64,000 nucleotides of DNA. Origin: Octopus sinensis. Its lineage: Eukaryota. How positions within the stretch are numbered: the stretch's first letter is position 1; each line of letters opens with the position of its first letter. Positions 25,410 to 39,719 of this stretch are shown here, piece after piece. Below the pieces are notes generated by a model. It worked only from the letters and a program-made list of their open reading frames with translations. It did not search any database and was not told the DNA's origin. The translations under genes and the position numbers were made by a program. The stretch lies in the NCBI RefSeq assembly GCF_006345805.1, contig NC_043005.1:94240001-94304000 (forward strand), given 5' to 3'.

Positions 25410-25413
<4 letters not shown>
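25078..25413. mobile_element. Fold-back mini-element: ~132-bp inverted arms (25138-25413, ~14-nt spacer) plus ~60-nt extension, embedded in (TA)n
   Basis: AATTGCAGCGTGGAAGG...TGACAAAAA versus TTTTTGTCA...CCTTCCACACTGCAATT, with few mismatches. Confidence 0.88.
25286..25334 (+). ncRNA. Hammerhead-like fold with G3/C8 core (GUGAACA); mirror copy on the minus strand at 25218-25267
   Basis: TTTGTCA-GTGAACA-G-GTCGC(GGATTTA)GCGAC-GAAA-ATATT-T-TGACAAA: 7-bp stem I, 5-bp stem II, palindromic stem III AATATT. Confidence 0.55.
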
Positions 25414-25493
<80 letters not shown>

Positions 25494-25522
25494 ACACATT
25501 CATATATATATATGTATACATA

Positions 25523-25567
<45 letters not shown>

Positions 25568-25599
25568 ACACATTCATATAGATATATGTATACATATGC

Positions 25600-25631
<32 letters not shown>

Positions 25632-25752
25632 ATGTATACACATACATGTATATATATGTATATATATACATATATATATATATGTATATATATATTATAT
25701 TATATATATGTATATATACATACATATATATATATATATATATATTATATAT

Positions 25753-25789
<37 letters not shown>

Positions 25790-25971
25790 AAATTAGAGAT
25801 GGAGAAAACATGCTTAAATCAATAAAACATCAACTATCCGATGATACCCAATCAATACTTAATACACCATTACATATGAGTAAGGCATTCAAAATATACG
25901 TAATAGTAAAAGTAAAAAGACAAAGAGATATAAGTAAAAAATTTCAAATATAATATGTAATTAAATCAAAA

Positions 25972-26079
25972 CTGACAGCTGTTTCGGCAGTGAGGGCAGT
26001 CATACCTCATTTAACCTATAAGCCATAAAGGCAGGTATAAATGAGGCATTAACAAGGATGCCCCACGGCCTCTTCAGAG
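25972..26079 (-). ncRNA. Type I HHR, canonical core, ~80-nt branched stem II (PLE2 3' pLTR)
   Basis: CT-CTGAAGA-GGC...GCC-GAAA-CAGCTGT-C-AG: palindromic ACAGCTGT, GTC triplet, inner helix TGCCTCATTTA/TAAATGAGGTA. Confidence 0.8.
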
Positions 26080-26415
26080 AATTAATTAAATTTGTTATAT
26101 TGTGAAAAATTATATAACCATATACATATAAATATAAAAATATAAAAATGTAAAATATAAAAACTTATACATCATAATGCTACACTTATATAATATAATA
26201 CTCATTGGTACAATAATGGAAGGTAAACAGAACAAAATAAAACAAAATATATATCAGTGTATATATTAATATTAATAAGCACCGATATTATACATATTTG
26301 GCTAATAGTTTTTTTAAAAAAACTAACACATAGGGAGATGAAAAATAATAATTAAAACCATGGTTCAGTTCATAAAATTCTAAAGCTATAAAAGTTAATA
26401 AAAATTACTATTAAT

Positions 26416-26485
<70 letters not shown>

Positions 26486-28169
26486 TATTAATAATAGATA
26501 AGAGTTATGTTTGCACCAAGTCCATCCTTTCAAGATCGAAATAACTATGAGTTTAGAAATGCTGACCACTAGGTAATGATAATTTAGATTAATTCGATTG
26601 GCTATTGGTTTGAAATTTAAATCACAAAAGAAAATTATACGGTTGGTTAGTCAAGGAACGCCAATATTCACACGCGCATCTACAGATCAATCGCACATAC
26701 ACACATAGTTATATGTATATACATACACTTATACACATACATAATCACAAGCAACAACTAGCACATAGATAAACAAAAAGGGAAGTAACTATGCTACCAT
26801 TTAGTCCTTCAAAATTATAACTATGCCTCAAAAAACGAAAAAGAACCACACATGCATTTCATAAAATATTTAATTTAGATATAAATTATTTTTAAATATC
26901 AGTATGTTACTAAGTCAGATAATTATTTCATTGGGTAACTTAAAATTTATAACACCGGTTTGTTGCAAAGTAAACATACGGTTGTTAGATTTATCGTAAG
27001 TTTGTTATGATTCCAAGTACGCTAAATTATAAAATATAAAATATATATTAATTTATATATTATAAATAAATCTCTTATTTACTTAATAAATTTAATGCCA
27101 TAATATACCAGTTTAGGCATTAAAAAATAGAAGGGGAAGTACTAATGCAAACGCATATGAGAACATCACAGAAATTTAAAAAATTTTTTTTTTTTTTTTT
27201 TTTATATTATAAATACTTAAGATAAAATGTGATAAAATAAATAAGAAGGAATAAATACGAAGGAATAAATACGGTTATACACATATTATAAGTACAAACC
27301 AGTATATATGTATTCATATATTATTAAAATTAAATAAAAATAAATGATAGATATGTATGTATAAAACTACCCTAGTATAAGTAAATAAGTAAAAAATAAA
27401 TAGATAACAAATTAGATGACTTGATATGTATGTAAAAATCTACACTTAAATAGGCAAATAAATAAATAATTAGAAGACTAAATGCAGAGATTGATAACAT
27501 TACAATAAAATAAAAAAATAAATAAAGTGAATATATATGTTATATTGATGAAAGTAAATATGTATGGAAGGATAATTTAAAGTACAGATCCAGAGGACTA
27601 TAGATATAAACTAAATATATAAGGCTGGTAATATTTATAAAGCCAAATGTATGTAAATGAAAAAATGAAAAAGGTTTATTAGTAAATAGCATAAGATACA
27701 AATTAAGGTGAGTACAAAGAAAGACCAAATATACAATAAAAACCTGCCAAATAAACACATACAAAAAACCTATATTCTCAACCTAAACACACCAAACTCA
27801 TAAAAGGCTCTCATATATTACATATTATACAATATCATTACATTATCTAGAGCTAGGTATCTAACCAGGATATACATATATACTATGCAATATTAGAAAA
27901 CTTCAAAAATCACATATTACAAGGCAAATACCAAAATGAATATGTTATTTCATGTCATATTGCATTTCCCTTAAAAAACAAACAAAAACCCACATATAAA
28001 AACAAGAAACAAATAATACTAGACACATCTATTATTATTATACAAATGTAGCTATAAAAATTATAAAATTATAAATTTATAAGTTGTATACTTTAGAATT
28101 ATAGAAGACCACAGGTATAGTTAGTTAAAGAAGGGAGTTAAAAAATTAATAATAGTGGAAGTGCTAAGT

Positions 28170-30170
28170 TCTATTTGAATCTAGAAAGGTGAACGGTAGC
28201 CTATGAATGCAAAAGAAGTTTTTTTCATTATGTTGTTAATAATTTGCCGACCCGCTTTAATAATGAAAAAAATTTCATTAATACATAGAGAGCATTTTTT
28301 ATTTTTCCATTATACACAGGTGCTGAAGTTAGTATTTTCCAGTTTAATCTAAAATCTAAGTTCTTACTTTTAAGTTCCCAAATGTATGCACTTAGCCCTG
28401 TAGAGTACATTCTATTTTTATTTCTAAAAGTATATCTGTGATAATTCAATCTTTTTTATGCTATTCATAGTTGCCCCGATATACACCCTACTACTCAATT
28501 GTGTATCTACAGTGCATTGGTAAACTACCTACCTCCTTCCTGAGGCATTGATTACCAATACACATTTATTTTTGTTTCTGAAATTACAAAGATTAACAGA
28601 ATGAGGAAATCTAAGATTGGTCTCCACTCCTATACTACCATTCACAATATAAGTGTTACAATTGTTATCATCATCCAAACCCAAAATCAACGAATGAGTT
28701 AATTTCACATTATCGGCTATATTCCTATCACTAGTACTAGTATTGGTAGTAGTAGTATGATCTATTACATTTATATTATCTCTAACAGGTACGGTGCACT
28801 CATTATTAGTAAGGGGGTTGTTCACATTCGTTCCAAGAAAGTTTCTGTTCCTATTATTATTAAAGAGGGGCAAATTTCCATGGTCTAAATTCAATTTTCT
28901 ATCTTTATAGAAGTGATCTAGTTTCCTGTTATTAAAAGAGGAGATAATGGTGGCTAGATTATGAGTAATGCTATATCCCACTCTAACAGTACCGTTGTTA
29001 ATTAAAGGACTAAATTTATTCTTATCCTTACCAAAATGCCTAAATATAACATTATGCAAAGCTCTCACTATGTTTGTTTTAATCTGCATTGCATATGGGA
29101 TAATCAACCAGAGTGTATCCTTATCAGAATTAGGATTGCCTATAGAATTATTGTTATTTGTAAAAATCCTATTCCTAGACCAACCCATAGGATTACTATT
29201 CTTACCACTGTCATTGTTATATCTATCTATATCAATATTCCCATGATTATTGCGCAAGTAAACTTTACCATTATCATGTCTACCATAAGTTTTAATTTGT
29301 ATATTATTATTAATATTACTACTATTACCCGTATGCTCAGATCTATTTGAGCTACCGTTCACCTTTCCGAGGTTAACATCACTTCTACATTTATTATAGG
29401 TGTTATCATATATTCTATTTTTACTATTCTTATGTATATTGTTGTTTATCCTAAATCTATTGGTGTTGTTCCTGATAGTTCTACCTCCATTAGGAGGGTT
29501 CCCCTTAGGTATAAACCATATCTTACTTTTGTATCCTGCCTTAAGCAATGCTGCATTGTATCTATCACAATGCTTGTTAGAAATTTCCTCGTTAGAGGAT
29601 AAACTAGAAATTCTCTGACTAATGCTACGTACTAGTGCATTTTTAATTTGAGCGGGGTGATTACTTGAACGGTTAATATATATTAGGTTAGAATTAGGTT
29701 TAATATAGGGTTCATGTAAACCATTAGTAATGTTACAATTAACATCTAAATAATTAGCAGAATAATTTTCACTTTCAATGATAATGGATAGGCCGAAACT
29801 TTTAAAAAATTTATTTATTCTTTTTTTAGATGTATTCTTAACACAAAATAAGGCGTCATCCCTGTATAGTCCACCTTTTAATTCAGGGAATTCCCTACTA
29901 AAGTTATCTAATAGATACATCCCGACTAGATCAGTCACCTCCGCCGAGTCCGGCGATCCCATTGTGATATCGAACAAGTTGGGTGTGTCCTTTCTAGCCC
30001 AAAGTTTATTATCAAACTCTATTAAAGTTTTCCTGGCTGTTAATATAACCTTAATCTCCCCCATACTTAATTTAGTGTGTTTTCTAGCAAAATTAAGGAC
30101 TTATTTAATATAATAGGGTTAATGGAAGTGTAATAATTCTGTATATCAAATTGGATGAATTTATTTCTAT
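28170..30170 (-). pseudogene. PLE2 RT (from motif KFIQFDIQNYY) + Asn-rich linker + GIY-YIG
   Basis: ORF 28529-30064: MGSPDSAEVTDLVG, GGLYRDD, YLDV, SSNHP. Then VVYQC...YIG...STGLSAYIWELK...CSLC in shifted frames. Confidence 0.92.
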
Positions 30171-30875
30171 TATAGCTAAAGTTGTTTTTAAATTTCTGTG
30201 ATGTTCTCATATGCGTTTGCATTAGTACTTCCCCTTCTATTTTTTAATGCCTAAACTGGTATATTATGGCATTAAATTTATTAAGTAAATAAGAGATTTA
30301 TTTATAATATATAAATTAATATATATTTTATATTTTATAATTTAGCGTACTTGGAATCATAACAAACTTACGATAAATCTAACAACCGTATGTTTACTTT
30401 GCAACAAACCGGTGTTATAAATTTTAAGTTACCCAATGAAATAATTATCTGACTTAGTAACATACTGATATTTAAAAATATATTTATATCTAAATTAAAT
30501 ATTTTATGAAATGCATGTGTGGTTCTTTTTCGTTTTTTGAGGCATAGTTATAATTTTGAAGGACTAAATGGTAGCATAGTTACTTCCCTTTTTGTTTATC
30601 TATGTGCTAGTTGTTGCTTGTGATTATGTATGTGTATAAGTGTATGTATATACATATAACTATGTGTGTATGTGCGATTGATCTGTAGATGCGCGTGTGA
30701 ATATTGGCGTTCCTTGACTAACCAACCGTATAATTTTCTTTTGTGATTTAAATTTCAAACCATAGCCATCGAATTAATCTAATTATCATTACCTAGTGGT
30801 CAGCATTTCTAAACTCATAGTTATTTCGATCTTGAAAGGATGGACTTGGTGCAAACATAACTCTTATCTATTATT

Positions 30876-31420
30876 TATTGAGTGAGAGAGCATTTCATGC
30901 CATCAAGTGACACTGGGGTAAAATATACGAAGCCCAATATACCCATCATGACTACCCGTATGATAAGGTACACCAGGCACATGCATCACAACCATATGTG
31001 CGCGACATGGTGATCTCATATCAAGATAAACAGCAATGACCTTGCAGGTGGAGCCCAGTTAGAATTTTCTTCAGGTTGAGTAGCCCATCCTGCTCAAAAG
31101 GTCCCTGAATAAGGGTTGCTTTAGGATGTGAACGAAACACTATGTTTCAGAGGTGAATATTCAAACCCCAAAGAATCCCTCTCAACACATGGCCATGATG
31201 TCCCCCACTACTTCTGCTCGTGATCAGAGATGCACATATCGTCAGCCACTAAGGGACATGCTCAACTGGTTAGGCAAACAACTGACAAGCAAATCTGTGG
31301 TATTGAGCAGAATATTTGCTGTAGCCCATCTTTTATACCAAGACAAAACATGTACATGATAACACTCCAATCAGTTAAGATAGAAGCCATGAGAGCCACT
31401 GCCTGTACTGCATCAGGGCA
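30876..31420 (+). mobile_element. Unclassified retroposon fragment with (ATT)n tail, inserted into the (ATT)n tract of one PLE2 arm
   Basis: Absent from the left arm, which has only (AAT)n at the homologous site. It ends CAGGGCA(TTA)n. Confidence 0.65.
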
Positions 31421-31440
31421 TTATTATTATATTATTATTA

Positions 31441-31494
<54 letters not shown>

Positions 31495-31827
31495 TATAGT
31501 AATTTTTATTTAACTTTTATAGCTTTAGAATTTTATGAACTGAACCATGGTTTTAATTATTATTTTTCATCTCCCTATGTGTTAGTTTTTTTAAAAAAAA
31601 CTATTAGCCAAATATGTATAATATCGGTGCTTATTAATTTAATATATACACTGATATATATTTTGTTTTATTTTGTTCTGTTTACCTTCCATTATTGTAC
31701 CAATGAGTATTATATTATAATGTAGCATTATGATGTATAAGTTTTTATATTTTACATTTTTATATTTTTATATGATATGTATATGGTATATAATATTTTT
31801 CACAATTATAACAAATTTAATTTAATT

Positions 31828-31933
31828 CTCTGAAGAGGCCGTGGGGCATCCTTGTTATGCCTCATTTATACCTGCCTTTATGGCTTATAGTTAAATGAGG
31901 TATGACTGCCCTCACTGCCGAAACAGCTGTCAG
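31828..31933 (+). ncRNA. Type I HHR (inverted pLTR copy of 25972-26079)
   Basis: Same fold on the opposite strand. Confidence 0.8.
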
Positions 31934-32294
31934 TTTTGATTTAATTACATATTATATTTGAAATTTTTTACTTATATCTCTTTGTCTTTTTACTTTACTA
32001 TTACTGTATATTTTGAATGCCTTTACTCATATGTAATGGTGTATTAAAGTATTGATTGGGTATCATCGGATAGTTGATGTTTTATTGATTTAAGCATGTT
32101 TCTCCATTCTCTAATTTTGTAGTATTAATTTACGGTAATATTATTACCTTTACCCATATAATACAATAGATGAACTGATTGTTGACAATTTTTAACATCT
32201 ATGTATTAGTCTTGTTGGGTACCTATCTGGCAGTATATTGGATATATATTATCCCATGGTGGGTTGAATTCTCAACCCCTATCTCATTTTATAA

Positions 32295-32361
<67 letters not shown>

Positions 32362-32394
32362 ATATATACACATACATACATATATATATTATAT

Positions 32395-32466
<72 letters not shown>

Positions 32467-32530
32467 CATACATATATGCATACATATATATACATAACAT
32501 ATATGACATATATATATATATATATATTAA

Positions 32531-32562
<32 letters not shown>

Positions 32563-32649
32563 TATAAGATATATATATATATATATATATATGCATATAT
32601 GTATGTATATATATGTATGCATATATGTATGTATATATATATATATATA

Positions 32650-33254
32650 TATACAAAATTAGAAAATGGAGAACATACTTAAATCAATCAAACATCAACA
32701 TCAGATGATACCCTATCATACTTTATTACACCATTACATAACAGCAAAGGCATTATACAAAATATATTGTAAATATAATTAGACAAGGAAATAGAAATAT
32801 AAAATATAAAATATAATATATAATTATATCATATCTGACAGCTGTTTCGGCCGTAAGGACAAGTATGCCTCATTTAACCTATAAGCCATATAAGGCAGGT
32901 ATAAATGAGACATTAACAAGGAAGTCCCACGGCCTCTTCAGAGAATTTAATTTATTATAAGTGTGAAAAAAATTTTTTTACATATAAATATAAAAATATA
33001 AAATATAAAAACGCGTGCATAGACACTCCTAATACTACACATATATATATACTCATTAATACAATAATACAAAATAAACAAAATATATCAATATACATTA
33101 ACAAACACAGTTATTCTACATATTGGGCTTCTAGTTCCAAAACTAACCTACACTCACATTTAAATTTAAATCAAACATATACATAAAAAATAATTAAAAA
33201 AAACACAGTTCAGTTCATAAAATTATAAACCTACAAAAGTCCATAAAAATTACT

Positions 33255-33305
<51 letters not shown>

Positions 33306-34010
33306 TAATAATAATAATAAATACAACCATGTCTGTACCAAGTACATCAATCGGACATCTACATATCTATAAGTCTGATTCTTCTGTCCGCTTGATATTG
33401 ATTATTCTAGATTGATTCGATTGGCTTATAGTTTTAAATTTGAATCACAAAAGAAATTTTACGGTTAGTTAGTCAAGAAACGCACATACGCACACGCACA
33501 TCTACAGATCAATCGCACATACATACATAATATATGTATACACACACACATACACTCAAACACATACATATCCACACATCAGTCAACACATAAATAAATA
33601 AATAATAAAAGAGGTATAATCGTAACTATGCAGCCATCAAGCCTCTCCAAAACGACAACAATGCCGCTATATTAACTAAGAAGATCCACTCACATATTTC
33701 CATAAAATATTTGTTATAAAGATACATATATTTATATATCAAGACATAGAATGTAATTTTTCATAAGGTACACAATTTTTATGCCACCGTATTTTTTTAA
33801 TCATAGTATTACATAACATAACGTTTACTGATTTCACCGTAATTTGCTATAAACAAAGGTACGCTAAGTTATAAAGTATAGATTAAACATTTTTGTTTGA
33901 CTATCAATAGACATAGAAACATACATATACTAAATTGACATCGGTTTATAGCAATTATATTATAAGAGATTAATTGTAAGAAGTCAAAATACGGAAATAT
34001 TCTGGGATAT
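32650..34010 (-). mobile_element. Solo pLTR-like paralog of the PLE2 arm (diverged subfamily), 3' end in (TA)n
   Basis: Colinear but clearly diverged from 25786-27060. It shares the terminus ...CTAATTTTGTA(TA)n. Confidence 0.8.
32834..32944 (-). ncRNA. Type I HHR, canonical core, extended stem II (second subfamily)
   Basis: TCT-CTGAAGA-GGCCGT...ACGGCC-GAAA-CAGCTGT-C-AGA. Confidence 0.82.
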
Positions 34011-34282
34011 GTAAACAAACCAGACAAGACAAAAATTCTTTATAGTACATATATACATATATATATATAATATATATATATATATATACACACATAAAAG
34101 TAAATAAATGGCACAACGATGTACCGATATTTACTGGAAAATAGCGAACGTAATAAATACGACGCTAATGTATAGCTTCACTGCGTATGTACTAGCAAAA
34201 ATGCATGTGTGCAACAAACATGAAAAAAATTTGTCTTACCTCTAGGGAGAACATCTGAAAAATGAAATACCTAGAAATGGAT

Positions 34283-34356
34283 AATGCGGTACCGGTTTCA
34301 GATTTTTCAAAATATGTCTGCCCACATATATTTGATTTATCCTCATCAGCCATATT
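34283..34356 (-). ncRNA. Type I HHR, canonical core, extended stem II (unrelated family)
   Basis: AATATGG-CTGATGA-GGAT-AAA-TCAAA-T-ATATGT(GGGCAG)ACATAT-TTTGA-AAA-ATCT-GAAA-CCGGT-A-CCGCATT: palindrome ACCGGT, GTA triplet. Confidence 0.78.
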
Positions 34357-34505
34357 TCACATGTTGCCACATCTATGCCAGTACACTCGACTGAACGCCA
34401 AAACGTTGACAGAACGAAAACAGTGAAGAAGTTTCAATGAAAATAGTAATGCAATACGAGAGTATTGCTTTCCAGTAAAGGATAGCCCGTGAGGGTAAAA
34501 TTATA

Positions 34506-35030
34506 GGATTTTAGTCTAATAAATTGACCCCCAATTCTTTATTTTTTTCTAAGCCTGGTACTTATTCTATCAGTGTCTTTTGGCAAATTGCTAAGTTAGA
34601 GGGATGTAAACTCGCCAACACTAGTTCTCACACAGTGGTGGGGAACAAACACAGATACAAACACACACACACAATTGGCTTGTTTGCTTTCAAGCCAATG
34701 TTCCGGGTTCAGGCCCACTGTATGGCACCTCAGGGATGTGTCTTCTACTATAGCTTCAGGCTGACCAAAGTCTTGCAAGTGAATTTGGTAGGTGGAAACT
34801 GAAAGAAGCCCATTGTGTGTGTGTGTGTTTGTATCTGTGTTTGTTCCCCACCACTGTGTGAGAACTAGTGTTGGCGAGTTTACATCCCTCTAACTTAGCA
34901 ATTTGCCAAAAGACACTGATAGAATAAGTACCAGGCTTAGAAAAAAATAAAGAATTGGGGGTCAATTTGTTAGACTAAAATCCTTCAAAGCATAGATGCA
35001 ATCTAATGACTGAAACAAGTAAAAGAAAGA
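34506..35030 (+). mobile_element. tRNA-type Octopus-like SINE with an inverted duplicate of its 3' half at the 5' end
   Basis: SINE body (GGTTCAGGCCC..GGCACC..GACCAAAG..GGAAACTGAAAGAAGCCC..GATAGAATAAGTACC..ATGACTGAAACAAGTAAAAG) at ~34690-35030. 34506-34672 is a near-perfect reverse complement of ~34812-34982. Confidence 0.8.
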
Positions 35031-35829
35031 TAATATATATATATATATATATACACATGCATACATAGAGAGAGACAAAGAGAGGGTTAGATATATACAT
35101 ATGTAGTACATTGTATACATTACTCTGTTCTAGCTTTATAATTTTTCCTATCTTTGTATGAGTCCTTTGCAAATCTGTTTCATGTAGCAAACTTTCTGAG
35201 TCCATTACAGAGTTGATGTCCAATACAGTTGTTGTTGTTGTTGTTGCTGTTGGTGGTGATGGCAGTGTTGGTGTTGTTGTTTAGCCCAAGGTAGGGCCTG
35301 ATTGAGCAAATCTGTGGTGAAAGGCATTCCAGCCATAATCTTCCAACCAGTTTCTCCTTTTGTATCTCAGATTGCATTATTTGATGTATTCTTCCATTTT
35401 CAAAATAGAAGGCTGAGATTTGAAAGAGATTTAATTGCTATATCAAGCAGATCAAAACCCTGTTGAAACTCCTTCATTATTATATAGTTGTTGTTATCGT
35501 TTAAACCCAGATTAGCCTTAAGTAGACCTATGATTAAAGGCATTCCAGCAATTGTTATCCCAAGGTATACCTAAAACTAGATTATTTATTGTCCTCTTAT
35601 TGGAGCTAAATCTTCAACTTACTTTCTGTGTGATTTGAGGGAGATTTTGTTTCTACTAGCCTGAATTTTCACCTGGAACTTCCCTCATAGCTGACTGTAA
35701 TATCAATGATGAGGTAGGGCGTTTTGGAGGTTTCAGGCCAGGTATTGTAGAGGTATTAGGGATAGACAGACACAGTGTAGTATTTGCAATAAGAACATTT
35801 GAATATGTTTGGCTGGATGCAGCTAGGGG

Positions 35830-36470
<641 letters not shown>

Positions 36471-36639
36471 GTTGCGGCCAAAATGTTCAGAATGGCATTG
36501 TTTTCGTCAGAAAAGTAGGTATAATTTTTTATCAAATTTGTTTTATATTCTATAATTTTCACAGACAATAAATACGATATTATTTATTATTGTCTGTGAT
36601 TTTGGTGTAATTTGAGAGGATAATTGAGAGGATATATCA

Positions 36640-36990
36640 AACATTGGCAAACTTCTTTTCTGCTTCTCCCTTGGCTATACATACTCATTTCCTAGCTTCC
36701 CTTCTGGCTATCTGATACAGTTCCTTGCTATGCCCACTCTTCTAGGCCAATTTCTTTGCTCCAATGGCCCTCTCTACAGTATTGTTCTACCATCACATTA
36801 CCATAGGTCTTGAAGGGACTTTGCACCAGCCACAGGTTTGGTCTGTGGTGTTCAGCTGTCTTGCAGGAATTCCCAGTTGCCCTCTGTGTCACAAGTCTGT
36901 AGCTCCTTCTCTCTCTCATCAAATTTCTCAATGAGGATGTCCCTAATGCTCTGACCATGTAAAGGGTTCTTAATCTTCTAAGTCCTTCTT
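36640..36990 (-). mobile_element. Degraded RTE internal fragment
   Basis: Colinear with 16140-16480 of the intact RTE (e.g. GGGACTTTGCACCAGCCACAG). Confidence 0.7.
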
Positions 36991-37698
36991 TTCAAGATTG
37001 ATCTGCATCTTGGCAGAGAAAGAGAGAATGAGTGAGAGAGGTGATGATGATGATGTCTAAACATCAGTTCTGAAAATGAAAATGGTTGAATGTCTATGAT
37101 TAAAAGCTTTGACAAATATGAAAATAAAATAATTTTTTGTTATAAAGTTGTTTGAAAAGTTTCCTTACAATTACCATTTATTCTTAGCACGTTATGCACC
37201 TTTCTAACAAGACTTAAGAAATTTGCTATATCGCAGAAGAGAGCAATATGAAGCTGATATTCACACAAAAAATATTTTGGAAGGCATTGGGCTTGACCAG
37301 ATTTTCCTCCCCAGAACTGGAAACTTAAAGGTCAACTTGTTGCTCACATGCAAGAACACAAGTCAGTTGTCAATATTTAAGTTGTAAAGCTAATATACAG
37401 GGAATGTTAACTTTACAACTCGATCCAAATGTTGCAGATAGAATAAGTTCTATTTCAGTATTATATAATGGAAATTAGTAAGGTTCAATGTTTGCAAATG
37501 GATATGATTGTGTGTGTATTATCAGTATAATTTTATATGTTTTCCATGAATGAATCATCATGATTCAAGTCAGTTATTAACCAGAATTCCTGCCTTGCAA
37601 GACATGCCAGAGGACCAAGTGTTGCTTGAGACATCTTGAAGGGCAGTATATTCTGTGTGGAATACAACAGGATTTAGAAAGATGAGAATGAAGTTTAA

Positions 37699-37900
37699 CC
37701 CTTAGCATCTAAACTGGCCAAATATTCAACCTGTTTTATCTTCAAAATAGCAAGAGCTGGCCTCTTACACCTGACCTACAATATCATTATAAAAATAAAC
37801 AATTATGTCATTGAAATCTCAAAGCGTTGAGATAATTTAACTAAAAACAATGTGAATAAATAAGTATTACAGTTGACAGAGAAATCTGAATACTAAAGGA
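37699..37900. mobile_element. piggyBac-like MITE (degenerate)
   Basis: TTAA|CCCTTAGCAT...ATACTAAAGGA|TTAG: imperfect TIRs and TTAA-like flanks. Confidence 0.45.
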
Positions 37901-39719
37901 TTAGAATTTTACACTACACATTAATAACAGCAATTTGTATGCCAAAAAATATAATACCCAAACACCCATATACCACACACTTACACGTCCATTATTATAC
38001 AAACAACTCATCAAAAATTAATTAACTAAGAATTATATTTCCTCTGTTTTTATTTTAATTTATTTTTTACAAACTTATTATGTCTCAGTCAAAAGAGAAA
38101 CTTCAGTAGTACCCATGTCAGGATCTTTTCCTATGACCTTTCAGGTCTTGGAGTAGTGAGAAGTGGGTAGGTCTGAAAGACTCACATTCATAGAAACCTG
38201 CACACAAGGAAGCAGAGCATTTAGATATTATTGATTGAAATTTAACTGAATGTTTGCAGTTGAGAAACCTCTTTTAAAGGCACCAAGGAAAGTTTAATGC
38301 CATGCAATGATTTAAATCCATATCTCAAGAAATAGCAAAGTTAATTTGACATTCTATACATTGTCACTGATAACATTTGGATCGACTAGTGCCATGGCAT
38401 AATGCATTTCCCCAAGCTGTCACATTGTGGATAAACTCTTAATAATTATGTGATTACAAAATAAGCATCTTTTTCCGTGCAGATATGTATGCACTGTTTA
38501 CTAATGTTTTCTTTCCTGCAACTAAAATATGCAGTTGAATCCATTTGTGCATAATTCTGTTGTAAGATAGAATAAAGTGAAACTACCACTACTACCCTGT
38601 TCATTTCTGTATTCATTTCTCTCTAAATTCATTTCCTTTTAAATGATACATGAAAACTTAAAATAGGAAATTTTTACTAACCAGGAATTGGGAATTGCAA
38701 ACAAAGTTACCTGTTTTATTCAGATTTGTTTATGTGGGCAATATGTAATGACATTCACACACAAACACAATGGGCTTCTCACAAGGCATTAGTCAAATTA
38801 AAAAGATACTTGCCCAGAACTTAGAGGGGAATTAACAGATGTTATTTTCAGGAATGTAGAACAAGGGAATTCAAAGCCACAGTCTTCAAATGTCATAGTC
38901 ATTATACTCCTTGCCTATCAAGTTGTTCTTTTATTATATCTTTTCTTTACAGATGTTTGGATGCACTGTTTGATCTGTTCCACAGCAGCAGTTTTGGGTC
39001 CTCTCTGCAGTTCAGGGTAACAATGAAGTGTCAATGTGAGAGGTGGAGATTGAAGCCAGACAGAAGGCCCTCTCGGCTAATAATTCTCCTGCTCTGTCTC
39101 ACAGAGACGTACATAACACCAACAGCATGACATTATAAATGTTTCTTCTACCGCTAGTCTTGTAAATGATCTTCAGATGTTGAGTGTCAGGGAGGCAATG
39201 ACAAGTGCTGGAGACCTTTGGCAATTTGCTGTGTTTGAGAAGATGCACCTAACCAAGTGAAATCATAGCTGTGGTCAGTGCTGGTAACATGTAGAAGGCA
39301 TTTGTGCCAGTGACACATAAAAAGCACCCATGCTGGAGTTTATTCTTTCATGGAATTTAACTTTATGAAAACGAAACAATAATAAAGAAAGAATGAACAA
39401 AATAATTTTTACATAGGGGTTCCCTGAAACATAGAAATTATTTTTAAGTGTTTATATAAGAGTGAAAAAGTTAAGAAATGCTGAATTTTGAATATGCATT
39501 TTTAATGCCTAAAATGTACAATAATCACTGTATATATGGCTGGACACTGCCACAGAGGCAGGTTGAGATGGATGAAAAAAACACTAGAATACTTTCCTCC
39601 AATGCTCAGCTGACTGTAAGATAAATGAAGCTATATTTCTTGCTATGTGTAATATCACGGAGCTGAAAGTGCTCACTGTTGTTACACAGTTTTACATCTG
39701 CTTTGTTACATAATCAGTG

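Larger units (their letters stand above)
25786..32121 (-). mobile_element. Penelope-like element 2 (PLE2): 5'-truncated ORF flanked by ~1.4-kb inverted pLTR repeats
   Basis: Left arm 25786-27182 is the reverse complement of 30185-32121 (minus an insert at ~30876-31420), differing mostly by 1-nt indels. The ORF lies between the arms. Confidence 0.9.
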
